From Ruminococcaceae bacterium UBA1448 (GTDB taxonomy: Bacteria > Bacillota > Clostridia > Oscillospirales > Ruminococcaceae), in the NCBI GenBank assembly GCA_002329405.1, contig DCTE01000042.1, positions 1-32,603 of the forward strand: a DNA stretch of 32,603 nt, written 5' to 3'. Under the pieces are notes generated by a model. That model was not told the origin of the DNA. It searched no databases and saw only the letters and a list, made by a program, of their open reading frames with translations. Made by a program: the position numbers and the translations under genes. This document shows positions 25,684-32,603 of this stretch, piece after piece (position 1 is the first letter of the stretch; each line of letters opens with the position of its first letter).

Positions 25684-25805
25684 GACAAATGTCTTTTTCA
25701 GGACCGGACAGCACCAGCCGACCATTTCCTGAAAAAATCTCCTTTTTTCATATTTTCATGGCGGCCGTCCGTCTTTTCCTCCCGGACGACCGTCTGGTAT
25801 ACATA

Positions 25806-25834
25806 ATTGTAGCATAATCCAATGGTCGAATCAA
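25806..25834 (-). promoter_or_regulatory. Sigma-A type promoter of the pth-mfd operon
   Basis: The minus strand reads TTGATT (25834-25829), a 17-nt spacer, then TACAAT (25811-25806), about 115 nt upstream of pth. Confidence 0.65.
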
Positions 25835-25842
25835 GCGCATCA

Positions 25843-25915
25843 AGGCAAACATATGCTAGGCAAGAATGTGCCTGGCAAAAATATGCTAGGCAAAAATGCC
25901 AGGCAAACATATACC
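25843..25915. repeat. Five tandem ~15-bp direct repeats (consensus AGGCAAAMATATGCY)
   Basis: The units are AGGCAAACATATGCT (25843), AGGCAAGAATGTGCC (25858), TGGCAAAAATATGCT (25873), AGGCAAAAATGCC (25888) and AGGCAAACATATACC (25901). GGCAA recurs at 25844, 25859, 25874, 25889 and 25902. The array lies between the PBP stop (25918) and the pth promoter -35. Confidence 0.85.
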
Positions 25916-25917
25916 GG

Positions 25918-27588
25918 TCATTCCGCCATCTGTTCCTCTTCCGTCCCATCGTCTTCTGCAAGCCCAAGCTCCACACACACCGCGTCGGCAATCGCCGCAA
26001 AGACCGGAGCCGCCGATGTGTTGCCGAATCCCTCGTTTTCCGCCAGCACCGTCACCACATACTGCGGTTGGTCCGCCGGGAAAAACCCGGTAAACCAGCC
26101 CTGTTCCAGCTCATTGCCCTCCTCGTCATACTGTCCGGTCTGGGCAGTCGCGGTCTTTCCGCCTGCTGTGACCAGCTCCGGTCTGGCGCCGGAAGAATCA
26201 TCCGACATGACTGCATAGGCAAGCATCACTTTTAGCTGGGCGGTAATCTCTTCTGACAATGCCTGCCTGCTGACCGGCAGCGCCGACGCCTGCAAAGTCC
26301 TGCCGTCATCGGTCGTCCCCAGTACCAGTGTCGGAGAAACCAGCTTGCCGCCGTTGACGACAGCTGCCGTCATCCGCGCGATCTGTACCGGGGAAGCGGT
26401 CAGTTCTCCCTGACCAAAGCTAAAATTCGCCACCGCTGCCGGCGCCTGCAAACTGTCTTCTGACGGCAGCGTTCCGCCGCTGGCGGTAATATCACCGTAC
26501 AGCATCATGCTTTCGCCAAACCCGACCTGCCGGGCGGTATTGAGCAGCTGTTCACCGCCTGTCTCCTGTCCCAGTCCGATAAACCACGGATTGCAGGACT
26601 CCCGCATCGCGTCAAACATATCCAGCTCGCCATGCCCGGAACGCAGGTGGCAGCGAAAAACCTGCCCGTAAACATCCACAGCACCTTCACAGGTGTACTT
26701 TCTTGTCAGACAGTATTCCCGACCCAGCGTTTCCATCGCGGCGGCCGCCGTCACAATCTTAAAGGTAGAGCCGACACTGTACCCGAGCAGTGCCCGATTG
26801 AGCATCGGCTTATTACCCTCATCGCCCACCGCCTCATCCAGATGCAGCGGGGAATAGGCCGGAAAACTGGCCATCGCCCGGATCTGACCATTATACGGGT
26901 CAAGCACAACAATCGCGCCTTTGTCCAGCATCCGGCTGCCGACCGATTCAACAATCTGCTGAATCCGTCTGTCCAGCGTCAGGACCACTCCGGCATTACC
27001 GCTCCCATTGACTGTCACTTCTGGTTCAATACCTGCAATCGTCTGCTGGAGGGCATTCAGCACACCGGTCACCTCAATCTGCTGCCCGCTCCCGGACAGC
27101 AGACTGTCGCATTCCTTTTCAATTCCTGTGACCCCGCTGCCGGTATAGTCCAGATAGCCGATCAGGTGAACCGCTGTCTGATTTTCGGTATACCGTTCCG
27201 GGACGGAAAAACTATAGACCATGTCCGCCTGAACGGCTTTGGTTGTCTCGGTCACAAACGGTTTGCCGGTTTCCAGCAGTTCGGCAACCGCTGCCCTCCG
27301 TTCGGGTTCCACCGCATCCAGTACCTTTTGCTGATTCTGCGGGGTGGGGAAGACAGCCGTCCGCCAGCGCTGCTGTGTCGCCACCAGCGGCTGCATCCGG
27401 CAATCGTAGATTAACCCCCGTTCATCTGCCACCGTCAGGGTATATTTGCTCTGCGCCTGGGCAGTCTGTGCGAGATCATCCGAAGCGACAATCCGGCTCA
27501 GCTGTCCCACCAGCCCGGCTGCTGCCAGCACCATTGCCGCAAAAATTGCAGAAGTCCGTCTGAATATACTCTCTGTATAATTTTTCAC
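25918..27588 (-). CDS. Class B penicillin-binding protein (PBP2/FtsI/SpoVD-type transpeptidase)
   Basis: The 556-aa protein has an N-terminal membrane anchor, a PBP dimerisation region, and the STFK active-site motif (GSTFKIVTAAAA), SCN and KTATA (KTG-like) motifs. It has a GTG start with GAAAGGA 8 nt upstream. Confidence 0.88.
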   Translation of the reverse strand: MKNYTESIFRRTSAIFAAMVLAAAGLVGQLSRIVASDDLAQTAQAQSKYTLTVADERGLIYDCRMQPLVATQQRWRTAVFPTPQNQQKVLDAVEPERRAAVAELLETGKPFVTETTKAVQADMVYSFSVPERYTENQTAVHLIGYLDYTGSGVTGIEKECDSLLSGSGQQIEVTGVLNALQQTIAGIEPEVTVNGSGNAGVVLTLDRRIQQIVESVGSRMLDKGAIVVLDPYNGQIRAMASFPAYSPLHLDEAVGDEGNKPMLNRALLGYSVGSTFKIVTAAAAMETLGREYCLTRKYTCEGAVDVYGQVFRCHLRSGHGELDMFDAMRESCNPWFIGLGQETGGEQLLNTARQVGFGESMMLYGDITASGGTLPSEDSLQAPAAVANFSFGQGELTASPVQIARMTAAVVNGGKLVSPTLVLGTTDDGRTLQASALPVSRQALSEEITAQLKVMLAYAVMSDDSSGARPELVTAGGKTATAQTGQYDEEGNELEQGWFTGFFPADQPQYVVTVLAENEGFGNTSAAPVFAAIADAVCVELGLAEDDGTEEEQMAE

Positions 27589-27683
27589 TTCGAAAATCCT
27601 TTCCGGTAATTGATTGATTCACCGGATAGTTTTTCCGATACAGACAGGTTTAATCAGCAATCAGGCACCAAAGGGGTGTATTT

Positions 27684-28670
27684 TCAGCAGTGTCTCAGGA
27701 CATAACCCTCCCTGACCCCGCTCTGCAAAACGGTCATCTGACCAGCACCAACCCGCCGGCAGATGGATAAAAGGATCTGGATACCGGTCACCAGTGTTTC
27801 CCGCCGTCCGGCTTCATACCGTTCTACCAGCTGCCGCCCCTCTGATGAGCGGAAAAAGTCCAGACCTTTTTGCAGGTCCTCTGCCTGCAAAGTCACACTT
27901 CCGGGACAGTCCGGGCTGGTTACCGGCCATCCCATCCGTTCAAACAGACGGACAATCGCCTTGACCGTCCCGCCCATCACAAAAAAGGCGGGGGCAGGCT
28001 GCAAACTGTCTGCCGACAGACCGGCAATCATTGGAATCTGTTCGATCTGTTCCCGGATAAATCCATTGATCTGCTGCAATTCCAGATCGGAAGGCGCGCT
28101 TCCATCCCCGCTGACCAGCCTTTTTTTGACCGCCAGACAGCCAATCGGCATCGAACGGAAATCGGCGAGGGTTTTCTCCTTCCGGCTGGTAAAGCAGAGC
28201 AGCTGGCCGCTGCCGCCGCCCATATCGAGTGCAACTCCCTGCTCAGGGAAGGAGGCACCGGCCTGTTCCAGCCAGTCCATCTCCTGCAGCATCCCTTCAA
28301 AATCACAGGCCGCTTCCTCTTCACCCGACAGCAGCTCCAAATGATATCCCCGCTCCGCTGCAACTTCGGCAGCCTCGGCAAAATTGCTGACCCCGCGCAG
28401 GGAAGCGGTTGCAAAACACCGCACATCCTCAGGACAGACCCCATGCTCACCGAAAAAGGCATCAATCTGATCGAGCGCATCCCCCAGCACCCGCAGTCCC
28501 TCCGCCGACATCACACCATGATCGACATACCGGATCAGCCCGGCATGAACAGTCAGCCCATCCGCCAGCGAAAAGCAGCGGTAACAATCCTTTTCGCTGT
28601 CCCAACGGAAAATGACCCCCAAAACCGTATTGGAGCCGGTATCAATAATCCCGATTGCCTCTTTTTCCAC
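27684..28670 (-). CDS. Ppx/GppA phosphatase family protein (short form, ASKHA fold only)
   Basis: The start is trimmed to GTG 28670, with AAGGAGG 7 nt upstream overlapping the upstream stop. It contains IGIIDTGSNTV and LDMGGGSGQL phosphate-binding motifs. At about 328 aa it has no C-terminal HD-like extension. Confidence 0.75.
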   Translation of the reverse strand: MEKEAIGIIDTGSNTVLGVIFRWDSEKDCYRCFSLADGLTVHAGLIRYVDHGVMSAEGLRVLGDALDQIDAFFGEHGVCPEDVRCFATASLRGVSNFAEAAEVAAERGYHLELLSGEEEAACDFEGMLQEMDWLEQAGASFPEQGVALDMGGGSGQLLCFTSRKEKTLADFRSMPIGCLAVKKRLVSGDGSAPSDLELQQINGFIREQIEQIPMIAGLSADSLQPAPAFFVMGGTVKAIVRLFERMGWPVTSPDCPGSVTLQAEDLQKGLDFFRSSEGRQLVERYEAGRRETLVTGIQILLSICRRVGAGQMTVLQSGVREGYVLRHC

Positions 28671-28683
28671 GGATAAGCCTCCT

Positions 28684-29469
28684 TTATTTTGCCTGTTCAA
28701 AATCAATCATACAGATAAAACTGTCTTTACCTTCTGCCATACCTTTTACAGTGACCTTGCCCTCATCTTCTTTCCAGAACATTTGCAGACTTTCACCCAG
28801 CATCGCTTCTCTGTTAAACGCCACCTGAACATATTTCGGCGACAGACAACTCAGGCGTTCAGGCAGAATATCCATCGCCATATCCACATACCGGGCGTTG
28901 TCCACATGGCCATTTCCGTCGATATCCGAATAGACGATCTTTCTGTCATCGCCCCGCAGGACACCATCGTCTGTTTCCCTTAGCCGCAGCCGTACAAAAT
29001 CCGGTGCTCCCGATTTTTCCAGTGGGGCGGGGCGCAGACTCCCCGGAAAACGCTCTTCAAACTGAACCGGACGCAGGATGCTTCTGTCCACCGGGTCGAC
29101 TAGTATCCAGCCGGAAGAAACTTCGATCAGCGTGTTTCCGTCCTTGTCCCAAATGCAGAAATTGCGGATAAACTGTGCCCGTTCAATCTGCTGTTCCCAG
29201 GTCGCGACCCGAACCCGCTCGGTCTGCACCGGCATCCGGTTGACCAGGACGCTGAACCGGGTGATCAGAAAAACCATCCGGTTTTCCATCAGAAACTGAT
29301 GGTCCATCCCACGGAAGGCAAACGCCGAATCCGCCATATCGGTTAATATACGGAACAGCTCAGACAGTTTGAGCCGGTGGCTGGCGTCACACTGGCAGAA
29401 TTTGATCTCCATTTCTTCCTGATAAAGCCCCTGCTCAGTTCTGTTTTCAATTACTGGTGTATATCTCAT
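28684..29469 (-). CDS. Acyl-ACP thioesterase family protein (double hotdog fold)
   Basis: The start is trimmed to ATG 29469, with AGGAG 8 nt upstream. The ~260-aa protein has sequence features of bacterial FatA/B-like acyl-ACP thioesterases (YQEEMEIKFCQCD..., VATWEQ..., DIDGNGHVDNARY). Confidence 0.7.
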   Translation of the reverse strand: MRYTPVIENRTEQGLYQEEMEIKFCQCDASHRLKLSELFRILTDMADSAFAFRGMDHQFLMENRMVFLITRFSVLVNRMPVQTERVRVATWEQQIERAQFIRNFCIWDKDGNTLIEVSSGWILVDPVDRSILRPVQFEERFPGSLRPAPLEKSGAPDFVRLRLRETDDGVLRGDDRKIVYSDIDGNGHVDNARYVDMAMDILPERLSCLSPKYVQVAFNREAMLGESLQMFWKEDEGKVTVKGMAEGKDSFICMIDFEQAK

Positions 29470-29493
29470 CGCAATCACTCCTGTATCAAAATG

Positions 29494-29538
29494 CTGTCTG
29501 ACAAAAAACCGCCGTCCGTTCTGAAGACAGCGCGGAAG
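29494..29538 (-). terminator. Rho-independent terminator after serS
   Basis: The minus-strand RNA reads AACCGCCG-c-TTCCG...CGGA-c-GGCGGTT followed by TTTTTTG. The arms are 29525-29538 and 29499-29510. Confidence 0.75.
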
Positions 29539-29562
29539 CGGCGGTTGTATGTCATTTCATAA

Positions 29563-30846
29563 TCAGGGGACAAGCAGTTCCTTGCCGCCCATGTAGGGAC
29601 GCAGTACTTCAGGAATCTTGACAGTGCCGTCAGCCTGCAGGTTGTTTTCCAGGAAAGCGATCAGCATTCTGGGCGGTGCGACAACGGTGTTGTTCAGGGT
29701 GTGGGCAAGGTACTTCTTGCCATCCTCGCCATTGACACGGATTTTCAGCCGTCTTGCTTGTGCGTCGCCCAGGTTGGAGCAGCTGCCGACCTCAAAATAC
29801 TTCTTCTGACGGGGCGACCATGCCTCAACGTCGACCGACTTGACCTTCAAATCAGCCAGGTCACCCGAGCAGCATTCCAGCGTGCGGACCGGGATATCCA
29901 GCGAACGGAACAGGTCGACGGTATTCTGCCACAGCTTGTCAAACCAGTACATGCTGTCCTCCGGCTTGCAGACGACAATCATCTCCTGTTTTTCAAACTG
30001 ATGAATCCGGTAAACGCCTCTTTCCTCAATGCCGTGTGCGCCCTTTTCCTTGCGGAAGCAGGGGGAGTAGCTGGTCAGGGTAATCGGCAGCTGTTTCTCA
30101 TCGACGATCTCGTCGATAAACCGGCCGATCATCGAATGCTCGGAGGTACCGATCAGATAAAGGTCTTCGCCCTCGATTTTGTACATCATCGCGTCCATCT
30201 CCGGGAAGGACATAACGCCGGTGACGACATTGCTGTGAATCATAAAAGGAGGAACAACATAGGTAAATCCGCGGTCAATCATGAAATCCCGCGCATAAGC
30301 CAGCACAGCCGAATGCAGGCGGGCGATATCGCCCATCAGATAATAAAAGCCGTTGCCTGCGACCTTACGGGCAGCATCCAGGTCGATACCCGAGAAAGAC
30401 TCCATAATATCGGTATGATAGGGGATCTCAAAATCGGGGACAACCGGCTCGCCGTACCGCTGTACCTCAACGTTGCAGCTGTCGTCCTTGCCGATCGGAA
30501 CCGAATCGTCGATCATCTGCGGAATGTTCATCATGATGGAAGTGACCTTTTCAGCCAGTTCCTTTTCCTGAACTTCCAGTTCTTCCAGACGGGCCGCATC
30601 CTGCGCGACCTTCTTTTTCATCTCCTCGGCCTCTTCCTTCAGGCCTTTGGCCATCAGGCCGCCGATCTGTTTGGAAATCTTATTGCGCTCAGAGCGGAGA
30701 TTGCTTGCTTCCTGCTGAACGGCACGGCTCTTCGCGTCCAGTTCGATGACCTCATCGACCAGCGGAAGTTTATAATCCTGAAATTTCTTTTTGATATTCT
30801 CCTTGACAGCGTCGGGATTTGTCCTGACAAACTTGATATCCAGCAT
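29563..30846 (-). CDS. serS: Seryl-tRNA synthetase
   Basis: The 427-aa protein starts MLDIKFVRTNPD, has a coiled-coil N-terminal arm, and carries class II aaRS motifs (FRKEKGAHG, GSCSNLGDAQARR, LNNTVVAPPR). Confidence 0.95.
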   Translation of the reverse strand: MLDIKFVRTNPDAVKENIKKKFQDYKLPLVDEVIELDAKSRAVQQEASNLRSERNKISKQIGGLMAKGLKEEAEEMKKKVAQDAARLEELEVQEKELAEKVTSIMMNIPQMIDDSVPIGKDDSCNVEVQRYGEPVVPDFEIPYHTDIMESFSGIDLDAARKVAGNGFYYLMGDIARLHSAVLAYARDFMIDRGFTYVVPPFMIHSNVVTGVMSFPEMDAMMYKIEGEDLYLIGTSEHSMIGRFIDEIVDEKQLPITLTSYSPCFRKEKGAHGIEERGVYRIHQFEKQEMIVVCKPEDSMYWFDKLWQNTVDLFRSLDIPVRTLECCSGDLADLKVKSVDVEAWSPRQKKYFEVGSCSNLGDAQARRLKIRVNGEDGKKYLAHTLNNTVVAPPRMLIAFLENNLQADGTVKIPEVLRPYMGGKELLVP

Positions 30847-30873
30847 CGTGATTTTTCTCCTTTATCAATTTAT

Positions 30874-31800
30874 TCAGCCGTTACCCTGTTCAGGGTCAGT
30901 ATGCTGGCCACTGAGCAAACCGGCGATCTGCTGCAAATCTTCTTTGGAATAAAAGGCGATTTCAACAACGCCCTTGTCTTCACTGCGCAGGTTTATTTTG
31001 ACCTTGCGCCCCAGCTCGTTATTCAATGCAAGCTGCATTTCACGATAATAATGATCGACATTCTCCGCCTTTTTCGGGGCAGCGAGCGGGTTTTCCGCCT
31101 TGATGCGTGCCGCCAGCCGTTCAACCTCACGGACCGACAGTCCCTTTTCCGCTGCCAGCCGGGCGAGTTCCACCAGCTTGTCCTGATCTTCAATGCCGAT
31201 CAGTGCTTTGGCGTGTCCCATTGACAGCGAACCATCGACCAGCCAGGGGTGTACCTGCCGGGGCAGACGCAGAATCCGCAGCGCGTTTGCAATTGCACTG
31301 CGCGACCGGCCGACCTTGCGTGCAACAGCTTCCTGGGTCAGTCCGAATGTCTCAATCAGTTCCTGATAACCTCCGGCTTCTTCCAGCGGGTTGAGATCTT
31401 CTCTTTGCAGATTCTCGATCAGCCCGAATTCCATGACCTCTGCTTCGGTCATCTCTCTGACCACGACCGGGACCTCGGTCAGCCCGGCCATTCTCGCCGC
31501 CCGCCAGCGCCGTTCACCGGCTACCAGCTGGTAACTGTCACCGGAAAGGGAAGTGCCTCCCTCAATCCGCCGCACCAGCAGCGGCTGAAGAACGCCATGT
31601 TCCCGAATAGACTCAGCCAGTTCCGAAAGAGACGCTTCATCAAAGTTCTTTCGCGGCTGCCCCCGGTTTGGCTCAATACTGCTCAGCCGAACCATCATCG
31701 TTCCGTTTCCGGCATCGGTATCTGACGGAAAAGCCGCGCTGTTGTCTTCATAAAGGGCGTCCAGGCCTCGTCCAAGCCCGCCTCTTTTCTGCTTTGCCAT
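30874..31800 (-). CDS. parB: Chromosome partitioning protein ParB/Spo0J
   Basis: It contains MAKQKRGGLGRGLDAL, the ParB box GERRWRAA and the HTH region LTQEAVARKVGRSRSAIANALRIL. It is downstream of parA. Confidence 0.93.
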   Translation of the reverse strand: MAKQKRGGLGRGLDALYEDNSAAFPSDTDAGNGTMMVRLSSIEPNRGQPRKNFDEASLSELAESIREHGVLQPLLVRRIEGGTSLSGDSYQLVAGERRWRAARMAGLTEVPVVVREMTEAEVMEFGLIENLQREDLNPLEEAGGYQELIETFGLTQEAVARKVGRSRSAIANALRILRLPRQVHPWLVDGSLSMGHAKALIGIEDQDKLVELARLAAEKGLSVREVERLAARIKAENPLAAPKKAENVDHYYREMQLALNNELGRKVKINLRSEDKGVVEIAFYSKEDLQQIAGLLSGQHTDPEQGNG

Positions 31801-31832
31801 TTACACTCTTTCAGACCTTTCTGCATCAAACA

Positions 31833-32603
31833 TTATTTTTTGCCAAAAAGCCGAGAGCCCGACTGCATATTGGCTTTTAAAAACTCCCTTGTAAACTCGG
31901 AGTAGGAATGTGCGCCGCGAGACCCCTTGTCAAAATAGATAACCGGCTCGCCAAAGCTCGGTGCTTCCGACAGCCGTACATTGCGGGGAATCGTCGTACG
32001 GTAAACCCGGTCGGGGAAAAAACGCTTGATTTCAGCGACAACCTGATTGGTCAGGTTCAGCCGCCCATCGTACATCGTCAGCAATACGCCTTCCACCTCA
32101 ATTGCCGGGTTATATTTCCGCTTAACCTGCCGGATGGTCGCCATCAGCTGGGACAGGCCTTCCAGCGAATAATACTCGCACTGGGTCGGAATCAAGACGG
32201 TATCCGACGCAGTAAAGGCATTCAGCGTGATCAGTCCAAGTGATGGCGGGCAGTCAAACAGAATATAATCATACCGGTCCCGAACCGGTGCCAGCGCTGT
32301 CCGCAGCCGCTCAACGCGGTTTTCCAGCTCAACCAGTTCAACTTCCGCACCTGCCATCGCAATATTGGACGGGATCAGGTCCACATTGGCAAATTCAGTG
32401 TGCATAATCACCTGTTCAGCGTCCTTTTCGCCGATCAGCATGTCATACGAAGTGTTCTGAATCTTTTTCTTTTCAACACCAAAACCGCTTGTGGCATTGC
32501 CCTGCGGGTCAATATCCACCAAAAGGACCTTCTTTTTCAGGTACCCCAGGCAGGCCGCAAGGTTGACAGCGGTCGTTGTCTTGCCGACGCCGCCCTTCTG
32601 ATT
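31833..32603 (-). CDS. parA: Chromosome partitioning ATPase ParA/Soj (the first ~9 codons lie beyond the right edge)
   Basis: The frame stays open to the window edge and reads NQKGGVGKTTTAVNLAACLGYLKKKVLLVDIDPQGNATSG..., with the deviant Walker A KGGVGKTT. The track ORF starts at an internal GTG. Confidence 0.93.
   Translation of the reverse strand, partial: NQKGGVGKTTTAVNLAACLGYLKKKVLLVDIDPQGNATSGFGVEKKKIQNTSYDMLIGEKDAEQVIMHTEFANVDLIPSNIAMAGAEVELVELENRVERLRTALAPVRDRYDYILFDCPPSLGLITLNAFTASDTVLIPTQCEYYSLEGLSQLMATIRQVKRKYNPAIEVEGVLLTMYDGRLNLTNQVVAEIKRFFPDRVYRTTIPRNVRLSEAPSFGEPVIYFDKGSRGAHSYSEFTREFLKANMQSGSRLFGKK

Noticed and set aside
25843-25915. I considered the 15-bp repeat array as a CRISPR array or as sigma-54 (-24 GG/-12 GC) promoters, because of the TGGCA...TGC strings.
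   Set aside because: The units are contiguous 13-15-mers with no spacers, which is far too short for CRISPR. The GG-to-GC spacing is off by 1-3 nt from TGGCAC-N5-TTGC in every register and on both strands. The repetitive peptides in track ORFs 25853-26218 and 25698-26000 are by-products of the DNA repeat.

Overview
This window is ordinary chromosomal core DNA from a Bacillota (Firmicutes) genome. It is probably an anaerobic Clostridia lineage, judging from NfnAB, a butanol-type Fe-ADH, an EFR1-type flavodoxin/ferredoxin, a CIRCE-controlled groESL and roughly 55% GC by eye. I call 29 protein genes, of which 21 are on the minus strand, plus two tandem tRNA-Leu genes. The genes are groEL (5' part)/groES, degV, two small membrane proteins, asnB, an XRE/GyrI-like regulator, vanZ-like, nfnAB, a zinc-ribbon membrane protein, ilvE, a small membrane protein, a flavodoxin-2x[4Fe-4S] protein and a GH3 NagZ-like lipoprotein. 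They continue with a membrane degenerate-GGDEF/EAL protein, three RNA methyltransferases (NPPY MTase, rsmI, PUA-MTase), Fe-ADH, an M42 peptidase, mfd, pth, a class B PBP, a Ppx/GppA-like protein, an acyl-ACP thioesterase, serS, parB and parA (5' end off the right edge). The most informative non-coding signal is a perfect 16-bp palindrome, TGTTCCACGTGGAACA, present three times (6178, 9479, 20311). It matches the ParB/Spo0J parS centromere consensus at 15 of 16 positions, and the cognate parAB genes are in the same window, so this is an origin-proximal segment with the origin probably to the right. The second unexplained signal is five tandem ~15-bp direct repeats abutting the -35 of the pth-mfd promoter. 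I see no CRISPR array, transposase, integrase, prophage or recognisable defence/toxin module, and I do not claim a novel system. All calls come from reading the sequence and ORF translations by eye. No homology search, RNA folding or statistics were run, and promoter, terminator and start-codon coordinates are manual estimates.
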